From an archaeon GW2011_AR10 (GTDB lineage Archaea > Iainarchaeota > Iainarchaeia > Iainarchaeales > GW2011-AR10), in assembly GCA_000830275.1 (NCBI GenBank), contig CP010424.1, positions 815,311-879,310 of the forward strand: 64,000 nt of DNA, read 5' to 3'. Positions within the stretch are counted from its first letter, which is position 1, and every line of letters starts with the position of its first letter. The notes below the pieces were generated by a model, which was not told the DNA's origin, ran no database searches, and saw only the letters and a list, made by a program, of their open reading frames with translations. Positions 18,042 through 27,739 of this stretch are shown here, one piece after another. The position numbers and the translations under genes were made by a program.

Positions 18042-19568
18042 ATGAAAGAGAACTTGGTTTTGGAAAACTCAAAGGAAAGAGAAATAATCAATTATGTTAG
18101 CGAAAAAAATGCCCTAATTGACTCAAAAGCAGTGGAACAGCTTGCAGCAGAGGAAAGCTTCCGGGAAATAATTGACGAGCTGCTTCAAGAAAATTCTTTC
18201 CTCATTACCTCGGAAAAGGTCAACACCAAACTATTAAAAAAGGACACAAAAATCGGAAGAGTAAAAGAAGTAATAATCAAAAGCACCAGGTTTAAGGCTG
18301 CTGCAAAAGAGCAGGAGCCGAACTACAAAATCCTGCACGAATATGATGTAACAGACCAAAGCTCCTGCGAGGGAAACGTCAAGGACTTCATGATGCTTTT
18401 CCGCGACAAATTTGAGTTCTTGTCAGAGATCCTGAAAAAAAGGCCGCAGTTCAGCCCAAAACAAATATCAAAGCTCTCAAGAGTTTCAAAAAACTCTGAC
18501 ACAGAATTCGTTGGCATGGTGTACAGAAAATGGCAGACTAAAAACGACCACCTTGCAATAGAGCTGGAAGACAATGAAGCCTCATGCATCGTACTAATAC
18601 TGAAAGATGACTTTAAACTCAACAAGCTGGCAGAACACCTGCTGCTGGATGACGTAATCGGGGTAAAAGCAAGAAAAATCGGGGACGAGCTTTTCATTGC
18701 GAAAGAAATTTTCTGGCCTGATTTGCCGCAGCGCCCAATAAAAAGAGCTGAGAGAAACCTCAGCATTGTTGGAATATCTGACCTGCACGTAGGCAGCAAG
18801 CTGTTTCTCGAGAAAGAGTTCAGCAACTTTATCGAATGGATAAATGGAAACACGGATTCGGAGAAAGAAAAGGAAAGAATTGGAAGAATAAAATACCTTT
18901 TGATTTGCGGTGACAACGTTGATGGTGTTGGAGTTTACCCGGACCAGTTTGATGAGCTCGCAATAAAGGATGTTTTTGAGCAATATGATAATCTTGCAGA
19001 ATTAATGAAAAAAATTCCAGAATACATTGAAGTGTTCATTATTCCGGGCCAGCATGATGCAACCAGGAGAGCTGACCCTCAACCAGCGATTCCGAAGGAG
19101 TTCAGGAAAAATTTAGCAGGATATGGCAACATTCACTTTTTGGGCTCTCCGACTTGGGTTACAATAGAGGGGCTTAAATGCATGCTTTACCATGGTGCTT
19201 CACTCCACGACTTGTATACCTCGGTTAATTTCCTGAAGGCTAGCGAACCCCAAAAAGCGATGGCTGAACTGCTGAAAAGAAGGGACATAATGATAACTTA
19301 TGGCTTAAGGCAGCCTTATGTGCCGGAGAAAAAAGATTATATGCTGATAAGAGAAGAACCAGACTTTTACTTTGGCGGTGACATGCACCACAATGGATAT
19401 GACCAGTACAGGGGCTGCAGCATAATTAATTGTGGAACGTGGCAGGAACGAACAGAGTTTCAGATACAGCTGGGACACATTCCTACGCCGGGCATTGCAG
19501 TAGAAGTTGACCTGAATACACGCGAAATAAGGGAAAAGCAATTCTATGGTGGGAGGAACTCAAAATGA
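18042..19568 (+). CDS. polD1: DNA polymerase D small subunit DP1 (calcineurin-like phosphoesterase/exonuclease).
   Basis: 508 aa. MPP motifs GDNVDG and GQHD, plus GDMHHNG. ATGA-coupled to the large subunit. Confidence 0.85.
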   Translation: MKENLVLENSKEREIINYVSEKNALIDSKAVEQLAAEESFREIIDELLQENSFLITSEKVNTKLLKKDTKIGRVKEVIIKSTRFKAAAKEQEPNYKILHEYDVTDQSSCEGNVKDFMMLFRDKFEFLSEILKKRPQFSPKQISKLSRVSKNSDTEFVGMVYRKWQTKNDHLAIELEDNEASCIVLILKDDFKLNKLAEHLLLDDVIGVKARKIGDELFIAKEIFWPDLPQRPIKRAERNLSIVGISDLHVGSKLFLEKEFSNFIEWINGNTDSEKEKERIGRIKYLLICGDNVDGVGVYPDQFDELAIKDVFEQYDNLAELMKKIPEYIEVFIIPGQHDATRRADPQPAIPKEFRKNLAGYGNIHFLGSPTWVTIEGLKCMLYHGASLHDLYTSVNFLKASEPQKAMAELLKRRDIMITYGLRQPYVPEKKDYMLIREEPDFYFGGDMHHNGYDQYRGCSIINCGTWQERTEFQIQLGHIPTPGIAVEVDLNTREIREKQFYGGRNSK

Positions 19569-22500
19569 ACACGCAGACAATAATTGCTGACCCAGAAATT
19601 CAGGAATACTACAAAAAAATAATTGACAGTGTCAGCAATCAGTTCAATGTGGCAAAGGATGCCAGAAAAAAAGGAAAAGACATCAGCGCTGAAGTTGAGT
19701 GCCTTCCTACAATGGACTTAGCGGATAGGACAGAGAACATAATAGGGCCAAAGGGGGTGGCAAAAAGGTACAGAGAAGTTTACACTGAACTAAAGGGGGA
19801 CAGGATAAAGACGATTTTCAAGCTGTTCAAGGAAATAATTGAAGAAAAATGGTGCCATATCCCAGATGCCCAGAAACGCCTTGAGCAAGCAGTCAAGACT
19901 TCGCTTGTGCTGTTAACAGAAGGAGTTGTAGTGGCTCCTCTAGATGGAGTGCCTTCAGTTAGGATAAGCAAAAACCTTGACGGAACAAAGTACGTTGACA
20001 TCTACTTTGCAGGGCCTATTAGGGCAGCAGGTGGAACTGCAACGGTTTTTCCGTTAATTCTCGGCGATTATGCCAAAACGCTGCTGGGCCTCGACAGGTA
20101 TAAGCCGACAGAGGACGAAGTTGAGAGGTACGTTGAGGAAGTGGCAACATATGACGAAATTGTCTCAAGACAGTACAAGCTTTCAGCTGAAGAAGTCAGA
20201 AAAATTGTGAGAGGCTGCCCTGTATGCATTAATGGGGAACCCACAGAAGACAGGATGGTAACTGCATTCAAGGACCTTGAAAGAATTCCCTCAAACAAAG
20301 TCAGGGGAGGAATGTGCCTTGTAATAAGCGAAGGCATTGGCCTGAAAGCAATGAAAACACTTAGCCTTGCAAAATCGCTTGGCCTTGACTGGAGCTGGCT
20401 TGAAGGAATAATCAAGATCAGCAAGGGAGGCGAAAAAGGGGAAAGCATTCAGCCAAACTACAAGTACCTTACAAGAATTGCAGCAGGAAGGCCGATTTTT
20501 TCTTATCCCTCAAAAATCGGGGGATTCAGGTTAAGGTATGGCAGGGGCAGGAACACAGGAATAATGGGAAAAGCAGTGCACCCGGCAACAATGCACTTGC
20601 TGGACGAGTTCATCGCAGTCGGAACACAGCTGAAGGTTGAGAGGCCTGGTAAAAGTGCTGAAGTTTTTCCCTGCGATTCAATTGACGGCCCAATAGTTAA
20701 ACTGGTTAATGGAGATGTGAGGCAGGTAAATTCTTACAAGGAGGCAATAGAGTTGTCAGAAAAAGTCAAAGAAATACTTTTTCTAGGCGACATGCTTGTG
20801 TCAATCGGGGATTTCCGCAAGACAGCGCATCCGCTTATGCCAGCAGGCTACTGCCCCGAATGGTGGCTCCTTGACTTGGAAAAAGCGGTTAAAAAACAAG
20901 GCAAAGCACCAAACATTGACTTAGAAAAGATTAGGGCCGCACCAAACAAGGTAGGGCCTTTCAACGCTGTAGAGTTTTCATTGGAGTACGGGATTCCACT
21001 TCACCCAAGGTATGTTCACTTTTACAAGGCACTTGAGGCAAATGAACTGCAAGCCCTAATAGAGGAAAGCCGGAAAGCAGAAAAAGCATTCAAGGAAACC
21101 AAAATCGTTTCAGCGGTTTTCCCGAACAAAGAAAACATTAAACTACTGCTTGAAAAAATCTGCCTGCCGCACAGAGTAAGCAGCAAATGGATTGAAATAG
21201 GGGAAGAGTTCGCTTACCCTTTCCTCAAAACAATGGGTGCATTCACTGAAGGCAAAATTGAGGAAAAAGAAGATGTGCTTGAAACTTTAACTGAAATATC
21301 CGGGCTGAAAATAATGGATAAATGTGGAACCTTTATTGGCACCAGAATGGGGAGGCCTGAAGCGGCAAAGCCCAGAAAAATGGTTGGGAACCCCCACGTG
21401 CTTTTCCCCATCGGTTTGGCAGGCGGACCCACCAGATCAATAAACAAGGCAATGGAAAAAAGCGGTGACGGCTACACCAAAGGAATCAAGGTGGAAGTGG
21501 CACTGTTTAAGTGCAACTTTTGTGGAAAAGTGCTGCCTCAAGCTTACTGCAATGAATGCAATAAGCCTGCAGAAAAAGCATTCCGTTGCCCAAAATGCTC
21601 TAAAACTGCCAGCAGCACAAAATGCAGTAGCTGTGGAAGCGAAACAAATGCATTCAGTGAAAGAAACATCGACCTTGACTCAATCGTTGGCTTAAGCCTT
21701 GAAAACATGAAAATGAAGATGCCTGAGATTGTTAAGGGGGTGAAGGGGCTCATTAACAGCGAAAAAACACCGGAACCAATTGAGAAAGGAATCCTAAGAG
21801 CTGTTTACGACCTACACATTTTCAGGGATGCAACGATAAGGTATGAAATGCTTAACGCACCGCTGACTCATTTCAAGGCGAGGGAAATCAGCACAAGTGT
21901 GCAGAAGCTAAGAGAGTTAGGCTACGCCCATGACATTAATGGAAAGCCGCTTGAAAAAGAAGACCAGCTGCTTGAGCTTTTTCCGCAGGACATAATAGTA
22001 AATGAAAACACAATTGAATTCATTTACAGGACAACAAAATTTGTTGACGACGAGCTTGAAAAATTTTATGGATTGGCCCCGTTCTACAAGCTAAAAGCAA
22101 AAGAGGAAGTAATAGGACAGCTTGTTTTGGGGCTTGCACCGCACACTTCCGCAGCTGTTATAGGAAGAGTTATAGGCTACACTCAGGCAATGGTCTGCTT
22201 TGCACACCCATTCTATCACCTTACAAAAAGAAGAAACGCTGATGGAGACCAAGACAGCATAATGCTGTTAATGGATGCACTGCTTAATTTTTCAACCCAC
22301 TACCTTCCATCAACCAGGGGCGGAAGAATGGATGCCCCGCTTGTGTTCACAATTGCATTAAACCCTACAGAAATAGATGACGAAGCGTACGAAATCGAAA
22401 CCTGCACAGCATATCCTTTAGAATTATATGAGAAAAGCCAGGATTTTGTCCCGCCTGACTTTGAATCAATTCCAAAGGTAGCATTAAAGCTAGGAAAAAA

Positions 22501-22987
22501 AGACCAGTATACCGGCATAAACTTCACTCATGGCACGGATGACTTTGCGGAAGGCCCAAAAGTGTCAAACTATGTAAGGCTGAAAACAATGGAGGAGAAA
22601 ATCAACAGGCAGGCAAAGCTTCAGGGAAAAATAAGGGCTGTAGAGAAAAAGGACGCATTGGAAAGGGTCCTGGTTTCGCATTTTTTGCCTGACATAATAG
22701 GGAATGCTCGCGCCTTCAGCAGGCAGAACTTCAGGTGCACCAACTGCAATGCAAAGCACAGAAGAATTCCATTGAACGGAAAATGCTCCAAGTGCGGGAA
22801 AGAAAGCATTATACTGACGATTGCCCACGGCTCGGTAATAAAATACCTCAAGATTGCAAAGGAAATAACCAATTCGTACAACCTGAGCAATTATTTGAAG
22901 CAGCGTATCGACTTAATAGAAAAAGAAGTTTCAAGCATTTTCACCGACAAGAAAACAGGGCAAAAAAGCCTGTCCGAATTCGCATGA
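19565..22987 (+). CDS. polD2: DNA polymerase D large subunit DP2, with no intein.
   Basis: 1140 aa. Cys-cluster zinc fingers (CNFCGK...CNECNK, CPKCSK...CSSCGS; C-terminal CTNCNAKHRR...CSKCGK), typical of DP2. Confidence 0.9.
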   Translation: MNTQTIIADPEIQEYYKKIIDSVSNQFNVAKDARKKGKDISAEVECLPTMDLADRTENIIGPKGVAKRYREVYTELKGDRIKTIFKLFKEIIEEKWCHIPDAQKRLEQAVKTSLVLLTEGVVVAPLDGVPSVRISKNLDGTKYVDIYFAGPIRAAGGTATVFPLILGDYAKTLLGLDRYKPTEDEVERYVEEVATYDEIVSRQYKLSAEEVRKIVRGCPVCINGEPTEDRMVTAFKDLERIPSNKVRGGMCLVISEGIGLKAMKTLSLAKSLGLDWSWLEGIIKISKGGEKGESIQPNYKYLTRIAAGRPIFSYPSKIGGFRLRYGRGRNTGIMGKAVHPATMHLLDEFIAVGTQLKVERPGKSAEVFPCDSIDGPIVKLVNGDVRQVNSYKEAIELSEKVKEILFLGDMLVSIGDFRKTAHPLMPAGYCPEWWLLDLEKAVKKQGKAPNIDLEKIRAAPNKVGPFNAVEFSLEYGIPLHPRYVHFYKALEANELQALIEESRKAEKAFKETKIVSAVFPNKENIKLLLEKICLPHRVSSKWIEIGEEFAYPFLKTMGAFTEGKIEEKEDVLETLTEISGLKIMDKCGTFIGTRMGRPEAAKPRKMVGNPHVLFPIGLAGGPTRSINKAMEKSGDGYTKGIKVEVALFKCNFCGKVLPQAYCNECNKPAEKAFRCPKCSKTASSTKCSSCGSETNAFSERNIDLDSIVGLSLENMKMKMPEIVKGVKGLINSEKTPEPIEKGILRAVYDLHIFRDATIRYEMLNAPLTHFKAREISTSVQKLRELGYAHDINGKPLEKEDQLLELFPQDIIVNENTIEFIYRTTKFVDDELEKFYGLAPFYKLKAKEEVIGQLVLGLAPHTSAAVIGRVIGYTQAMVCFAHPFYHLTKRRNADGDQDSIMLLMDALLNFSTHYLPSTRGGRMDAPLVFTIALNPTEIDDEAYEIETCTAYPLELYEKSQDFVPPDFESIPKVALKLGKKDQYTGINFTHGTDDFAEGPKVSNYVRLKTMEEKINRQAKLQGKIRAVEKKDALERVLVSHFLPDIIGNARAFSRQNFRCTNCNAKHRRIPLNGKCSKCGKESIILTIAHGSVIKYLKIAKEITNSYNLSNYLKQRIDLIEKEVSSIFTDKKTGQKSLSEFA

Positions 22988-23040
22988 CGTCCTCCCATTC
23001 CTAAAGGTAGGGGCTTACAAACATTTACAAAAAGGACGTC
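22986..23040 (+). repeat. About 55-nt inverted-repeat element, copy A (GACGTCCTCC...CCTAAAGG...CAAACATTTA...GGACGTC), beginning inside the TGA stop of polD2 and followed by CCGTCAACGGAA.
   Basis: Homologous to copy B at 52541..52591, which begins at the TGA stop of the pgi-like gene. A partial CCGTCAACGGAA also occurs at 14519. Confidence 0.5.
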
Positions 23041-23109
23041 TCTTATCCGTCAACGGAAAAAATCCACAAAAAAAACCAACTTCCGTTAGGGAGTGGATTT
23101 TTTGGGTTG

Positions 23110-23832
23110 TTAAAAAAAGCCTACAAACCAAAGAAGCACTATCAGCAGGGCAATTAATAGCAAAACAGTGGGCAGTTTTTCTCTTGTTGAAACTGCAGAA
23201 AAAATAGTGGAAAAGAAACCCTTAATGTATTGCAGCCAAGAAGCAGGGTCCCTTAGTTCTTTAACTGTTTCATGAATTGTTTCACTGAGGTTTGGCTCCC
23301 TCGAGGAAATTGTTTCACCTTTCAGTACGCTGCCGTTTACGGCGTTAACCTGAAGCAAGTAATGCAATCCATCAACTGAAATGTCCGCCGACCATATTGG
23401 AACATAGAATAGTTCAAAAGCTGAAAGCACTACATTTTGAGGGGCTGCTTTATTCATTGAGGCAACTCTGAGAGCGGCTATTTCCCTGGCTTCTGCCTCC
23501 TTTACTTTTGGTTTTTTGACTTCAAGTTCTTGCTCCGCATCAATTTTGTTGGATAGCTCAAAGTCACTTCTTTCAACAAGCAACGCAACATTTTCACTTA
23601 ACTCGTTAATGAAAGCATTTAATGCCAGCCTCCCCTTTGAGTGGCTTGAAGCAGCTGAGCCTTTGCCCTGCAAGTAGATGTCATAAGAGAAAAACCAGAA
23701 CGGAACAAGAAAAAGCTTTGGCGTTCCTACTTCAAATACCAGCCAGTTTTTGGACTTGAGAAATGATTCCAAAATACTTACTGCCTCTGTCTGGCTGACC
23801 CTCAGCTTGAACGCCTGTTTGCTCAAGTACAT
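23110..23832 (-). CDS. Hypothetical protein (240 aa) with a C-terminal TM anchor.
   Basis: ATG start. Soluble N-terminal domain, ends LLLIALLIVLLWFVGFF. Lies upstream of the SepF-like gene. Confidence 0.45.
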   Translation of the reverse strand: MYLSKQAFKLRVSQTEAVSILESFLKSKNWLVFEVGTPKLFLVPFWFFSYDIYLQGKGSAASSHSKGRLALNAFINELSENVALLVERSDFELSNKIDAEQELEVKKPKVKEAEAREIAALRVASMNKAAPQNVVLSAFELFYVPIWSADISVDGLHYLLQVNAVNGSVLKGETISSREPNLSETIHETVKELRDPASWLQYIKGFFSTIFSAVSTREKLPTVLLLIALLIVLLWFVGFF

Positions 23833-23863
23833 AAAAAAGAAGAGCAGAAAAAGCTAGTTAAAA

Positions 23864-24223
23864 CTACGCGTTTTCTCTTCTCTTCACAATTTTAACTTTG
23901 CTGGGCGTTATGAGGACCCTGTCCTGAGAAATCCTTGCGATATCGCCATCAATTTGCTCTATTCCGTCCCTTATCTGGCCGATCATGTCACGGAGCTTTA
24001 TGGCGTTTCTCTTTGAAAGGTCCGAAATGTTCAACAGGATTATGTTGCCTTTCTTTGCCTCGTCAAGAACCATTGTCAAGTCATTGTCTGTAGTCAATGA
24101 AATTGGCTTAACAAAGGCGTCTGCATTCTCGAAAGAGGATTCTTCTTCAACATCAATGTTGTTAAGGAATTCCTCAACATCAATTTCTTCCCTTTTACCT
24201 ATCAGTTTTTCAAAAAAAGCCAC
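23864..24223 (-). CDS. sepF: SepF-like (DUF552) cell-division protein.
   Basis: 119 aa. C-terminal region ...GNIILLNISDLSKRNAIKLRDMIGQIRDGIEQIDGDIARISQDRVLITPSKVKI resembles the SepF domain. GTG start. Confidence 0.5.
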   Translation of the reverse strand: MAFFEKLIGKREEIDVEEFLNNIDVEEESSFENADAFVKPISLTTDNDLTMVLDEAKKGNIILLNISDLSKRNAIKLRDMIGQIRDGIEQIDGDIARISQDRVLITPSKVKIVKRRENA

Positions 24224-24433
24224 TTGCTATCACCCCTATATTAAAAAAGCGGTATAGAAACTAGCGTCACAAACATTATTTTAATTGTATTGTTCAAAAA
24301 CCCAAAGTGGATATACATAACACAACGGCCATATGCAGTAAGAAAAGTAAAACCGCAGTACCGGAATAGGTTTACTTCCACAACTCCTTACTCTTTTAAC
24401 GAGAACGCCGTTAAGTGTTAAAGGGGCATCTAA

Positions 24434-25642
24434 TTGTATGTTGAAAATATTTTTGAAAAAGAGTTTGCTCGCAATACTGTTTTCATTGACCAAAACCTCC
24501 TAAGCCCGCACTACACCCCTAAAGAACTGCCTTTCCGGGAAGCACAAATAAAGGAAATTGGTTCTGCTCTTGCAAAAACAATCAAGGGCAGGAAAGCAGA
24601 CAACATTTTCATTTACGGAAAAACAGGCACTGGAAAAACCTGCGTAACGCGCTATGCGATACAACAGCTGCTTGATTTCTCGAAAGCAAAGAACCTGCCG
24701 GTCAACGGTGCATATGTTAACTGCAGAACCCATAACAGCAAATACAGGGTGTTGATTAAAATGGTGAAAGATTTCTATCCAGACGAGAACTTTCTGGGTT
24801 TTTCAGCTGCATTCGTTTACGAAAAACTTGTTGATTACGTCAACCAAGGAAAACAGCTAGTGATAGTGCTTGATGAAATAGACAAAATAAAGGACTTGGA
24901 CGAGTTGGTGTACTCTCTTACAAGAGGCAACGATGAAGTGCAAAAAGGCGGCATATCTGTTATAGGCATAAGCAACAACCTGATGTTCAAGGATCGACTT
25001 GACCCGAGAACAAAAAGCAGTTTATGCGAGCAGGAAATGATTTTTCCGCCTTACAATGCACCAGAGTTGCGGGAAATACTGAAACAGCGCGCTGAAAAAG
25101 CATTCAAAAAAGGAGTTGTAGATGAGTCAGCAATCAATCTCTCTGCTGCAATAGCTGCACAGGAATCAGGAGATGCGAGAACTGCGCTAATGCTGCTGCT
25201 TCGCGCAGGAGAAATCGCTGACAGAAAGAACATGGAAGAAGTAACAGATGCAGAAGTGAAAAAAGCAAAAAGCAAAGTGGAAGAAGAAATAATTCTGAAC
25301 ATGATAAGCACCCTCCCACAACAACAACAACTTGTGTTGTACGCAATTTCAAGCCTCAGCATAAACAAGAACGGAATCAGAAAGCTTACTGGGCAAATTG
25401 AGGAAGGAGTGTTCTTTTCCGGGGATATCTACGAGGAATACAAAAAAATGGCCAAGAGAATCAAGGAAGAGGTTGTTTCAGCAAGATGGTACAGGCAGTA
25501 CATAAGCGAGCTGGAAATGTATGGCCTGATAGTTTCAACTGCTTCAGGAAAAGGGATCAAAGGCCAGACAAGGCTGATAAAGCTCGGCTTCGACGCAGGC
25601 AAAGTACACGACGTAATAGAAAAAGAACTTATGTATAATTAA
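24434..25642 (+). CDS. cdc6: Orc1/Cdc6 replication initiator (AAA+ plus winged helix).
   Basis: Walker A YGKTGTGKT, Walker B VLDEID, and an LPFREAQI start region. TTG start preceded by AAGGGG. Confidence 0.85.
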   Translation: MYVENIFEKEFARNTVFIDQNLLSPHYTPKELPFREAQIKEIGSALAKTIKGRKADNIFIYGKTGTGKTCVTRYAIQQLLDFSKAKNLPVNGAYVNCRTHNSKYRVLIKMVKDFYPDENFLGFSAAFVYEKLVDYVNQGKQLVIVLDEIDKIKDLDELVYSLTRGNDEVQKGGISVIGISNNLMFKDRLDPRTKSSLCEQEMIFPPYNAPELREILKQRAEKAFKKGVVDESAINLSAAIAAQESGDARTALMLLLRAGEIADRKNMEEVTDAEVKKAKSKVEEEIILNMISTLPQQQQLVLYAISSLSINKNGIRKLTGQIEEGVFFSGDIYEEYKKMAKRIKEEVVSARWYRQYISELEMYGLIVSTASGKGIKGQTRLIKLGFDAGKVHDVIEKELMYN

Positions 25643-25646
25643 CAAA

Positions 25647-27737
25647 TTATGTTATCTGCTTCTTAACATTTAAAGCAACTTTAGGGGGAAGCAATCTCTG
25701 CAAGTCAAGCAAATCAACTTTTTTTAGTTCGGCAATTGATTTGATCCCAGCATTGAAAAGCTTTCTTGCTCTTACTCTTCCAATACCGCGAACCTCGCAT
25801 AGGTAAATTAGCTCCTCCTTAATCCCTGATTTAAGCCTTTTTCTCATCTTATTCAGTCTTGGCAGATGCTCTTTTAATTCAAGGAGCTTTGCCAGCTCAA
25901 ATGCAGCGTAGGCAAGCCAGTCAGCGCGCTGCATTTTTGCATGCAGGATTCCTGGCTGGACATTAAAGGAATCAACAAGGTTTTGCTCGGAAACCTCCCC
26001 AATCCAGTCCTTCAACATTAAGGAAGTATGATACTTTGAAAGCAAATTATAATCGGAAAACATTTCCAATTCAACGTTTATTGGCAGCAAATGCTTTTCC
26101 TGTTGCAAACGTTCCCATAACTCCGCCTGCCTGCTTCTTGAAACAGAAAGCAAAGGATAAAACTCGGAAGTATTTGAAATAAGGAAAAGGTAAGACAAGT
26201 CATTGAATTTGTTTTTCCTCAGCCCTTCGGTTATTTCATACGCTGAAACCGGGTCAAGGTAGAGCTCCACTACTCTTCTCCCAATAGGGGTTACATCAAT
26301 CCTTTTCTCGGAGCTATGCACGAACCCCATTTCTTCTAGCTCTTGCAAAATAGTGGTTATTTTCCTGAAAAGCTCTGAAAGGTTGCCGAACTGCTTGGCG
26401 TAAAAGGTTGCTGAAAAAAATTTTTCAGCTGAATCCAGGTCAAAAATAAAACCGCTTGAAATCGCTGCAAGCAAATGGAAGCGCAGATTTGATTCAATGC
26501 CGAGCCTCGAATCAATGTTCTCAATTTTGCCATTAATGAAGTAATCAAAGTAATCATCTTTCTCAAAATCGGTTTTAGCAATTAAAATTGCTTCTCCCTC
26601 AGAATCAAAGGCTGGCCGACCTGCTCTGCCACACATTTGTTTGAATTCTGAAACAGGCAGTTTTTCCATTCCAAAGCCGCTGTACCTGTAAGGCGACGGA
26701 ATAACCACCCTATAAGCCGGCAAATTGATTCCTGCTGCAAGAGTTGTAGTAGATGAAATGAACTTCAAATGATTTTTTTTGAACAATTCCTCAATTACCT
26801 CCCGCTGCTTCTGCATCAAACCCGCATTGTGAAAGCAGACGCCATTCTTGATTAGTGCAGCAATTGACCTGCACTGCTCTGTTGGCTGCTCCAAAACATT
26901 CAAAGCTTTCTCTGAAGCTTTCTCAAGCTCCTTCTTTTCGGATTCGGTTAATTGCCTTGATGTCAACGAAGCAAGCCTTTTTGCGATTCCCTCGCTTCTC
27001 TTTCGAGTATTAGCAAAAATCAAGGCCTGCTTCCCCCTAGCCAAAGTATCGGCAGCGAGAGCCTCAATATCATCACTTTTTGATTCAATTTTTTCTTTTC
27101 TTTTCCCAAAATCAATCGTGCCTTCAAGGAAAACGCCTTCAACCAGCTTAACTGGCCTGAAATCGCTTTCAACCAGGTCAGCATTAAGCCACGAAGCGAT
27201 TTCTTTTGAGTTAGGAATCGTTGCTGAAAGCCCAAGTACTTGAAGGTTTTTGTTAAAAAACCTCAGCTTTGTTATTACCATTTCAAGTGTGGAACCCCTG
27301 TCAGTGCCAAGAGAATGAATCTCATCAACTATTAACACGCCAATTCCTTGAAGCCAGTCAGCCCTGTGGCGGATAAGCGATTCTAATTTTTCATATGTGG
27401 AGTAGATAATATCATAATTTTTCAAATAGCTTGAAGAAGAATCGAAGTCACCGATTGAAATAGCTGCCCTTATTTGCAAAGAAGCAGAATACTTTTTCTT
27501 GAAATCATTAAAATGTTCTGATGCAAGCGCACGCAAAGGGCAAGTGTAAACAACTTTTTTCCTGTTGTTTAAAATCGAATTAAGGGCACTTAATTCAGCC
27601 AAAATTGTTTTGCCTGAAGCAGTAGGGCTGCTGACAACAATGCTTTTATTGAAGAGGTCTTTTTTCAATGCTTTCTGCTGCATCGGATTAAAGTCGGAAA
27701 ACCCGTTTGCATTTTTCACTATTTCTTCAATGCCCAT
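25647..27737 (-). CDS. hel308: Hel308/Hjm-like Ski2-family DNA helicase.
   Basis: GKT Walker A, DEIH box (VDEIHSLG), SATIPN motif III. Start moved to the ATG (MGIEEIV). Overlaps the upstream agmatinase gene by 8 nt. Confidence 0.75.
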   Translation of the reverse strand: MGIEEIVKNANGFSDFNPMQQKALKKDLFNKSIVVSSPTASGKTILAELSALNSILNNRKKVVYTCPLRALASEHFNDFKKKYSASLQIRAAISIGDFDSSSSYLKNYDIIYSTYEKLESLIRHRADWLQGIGVLIVDEIHSLGTDRGSTLEMVITKLRFFNKNLQVLGLSATIPNSKEIASWLNADLVESDFRPVKLVEGVFLEGTIDFGKRKEKIESKSDDIEALAADTLARGKQALIFANTRKRSEGIAKRLASLTSRQLTESEKKELEKASEKALNVLEQPTEQCRSIAALIKNGVCFHNAGLMQKQREVIEELFKKNHLKFISSTTTLAAGINLPAYRVVIPSPYRYSGFGMEKLPVSEFKQMCGRAGRPAFDSEGEAILIAKTDFEKDDYFDYFINGKIENIDSRLGIESNLRFHLLAAISSGFIFDLDSAEKFFSATFYAKQFGNLSELFRKITTILQELEEMGFVHSSEKRIDVTPIGRRVVELYLDPVSAYEITEGLRKNKFNDLSYLFLISNTSEFYPLLSVSRSRQAELWERLQQEKHLLPINVELEMFSDYNLLSKYHTSLMLKDWIGEVSEQNLVDSFNVQPGILHAKMQRADWLAYAAFELAKLLELKEHLPRLNKMRKRLKSGIKEELIYLCEVRGIGRVRARKLFNAGIKSIAELKKVDLLDLQRLLPPKVALNVKKQIT

Positions 27738-27739
27738 AA

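Noticed and set aside
24224-24433. Expected ORB or mini-ORB repeats of a replication origin directly upstream of cdc6.
   Set aside because: No inverted ORB-like repeats are visible, only a single TATACATAA and an AT-rich stretch. An origin here cannot be supported from sequence alone.
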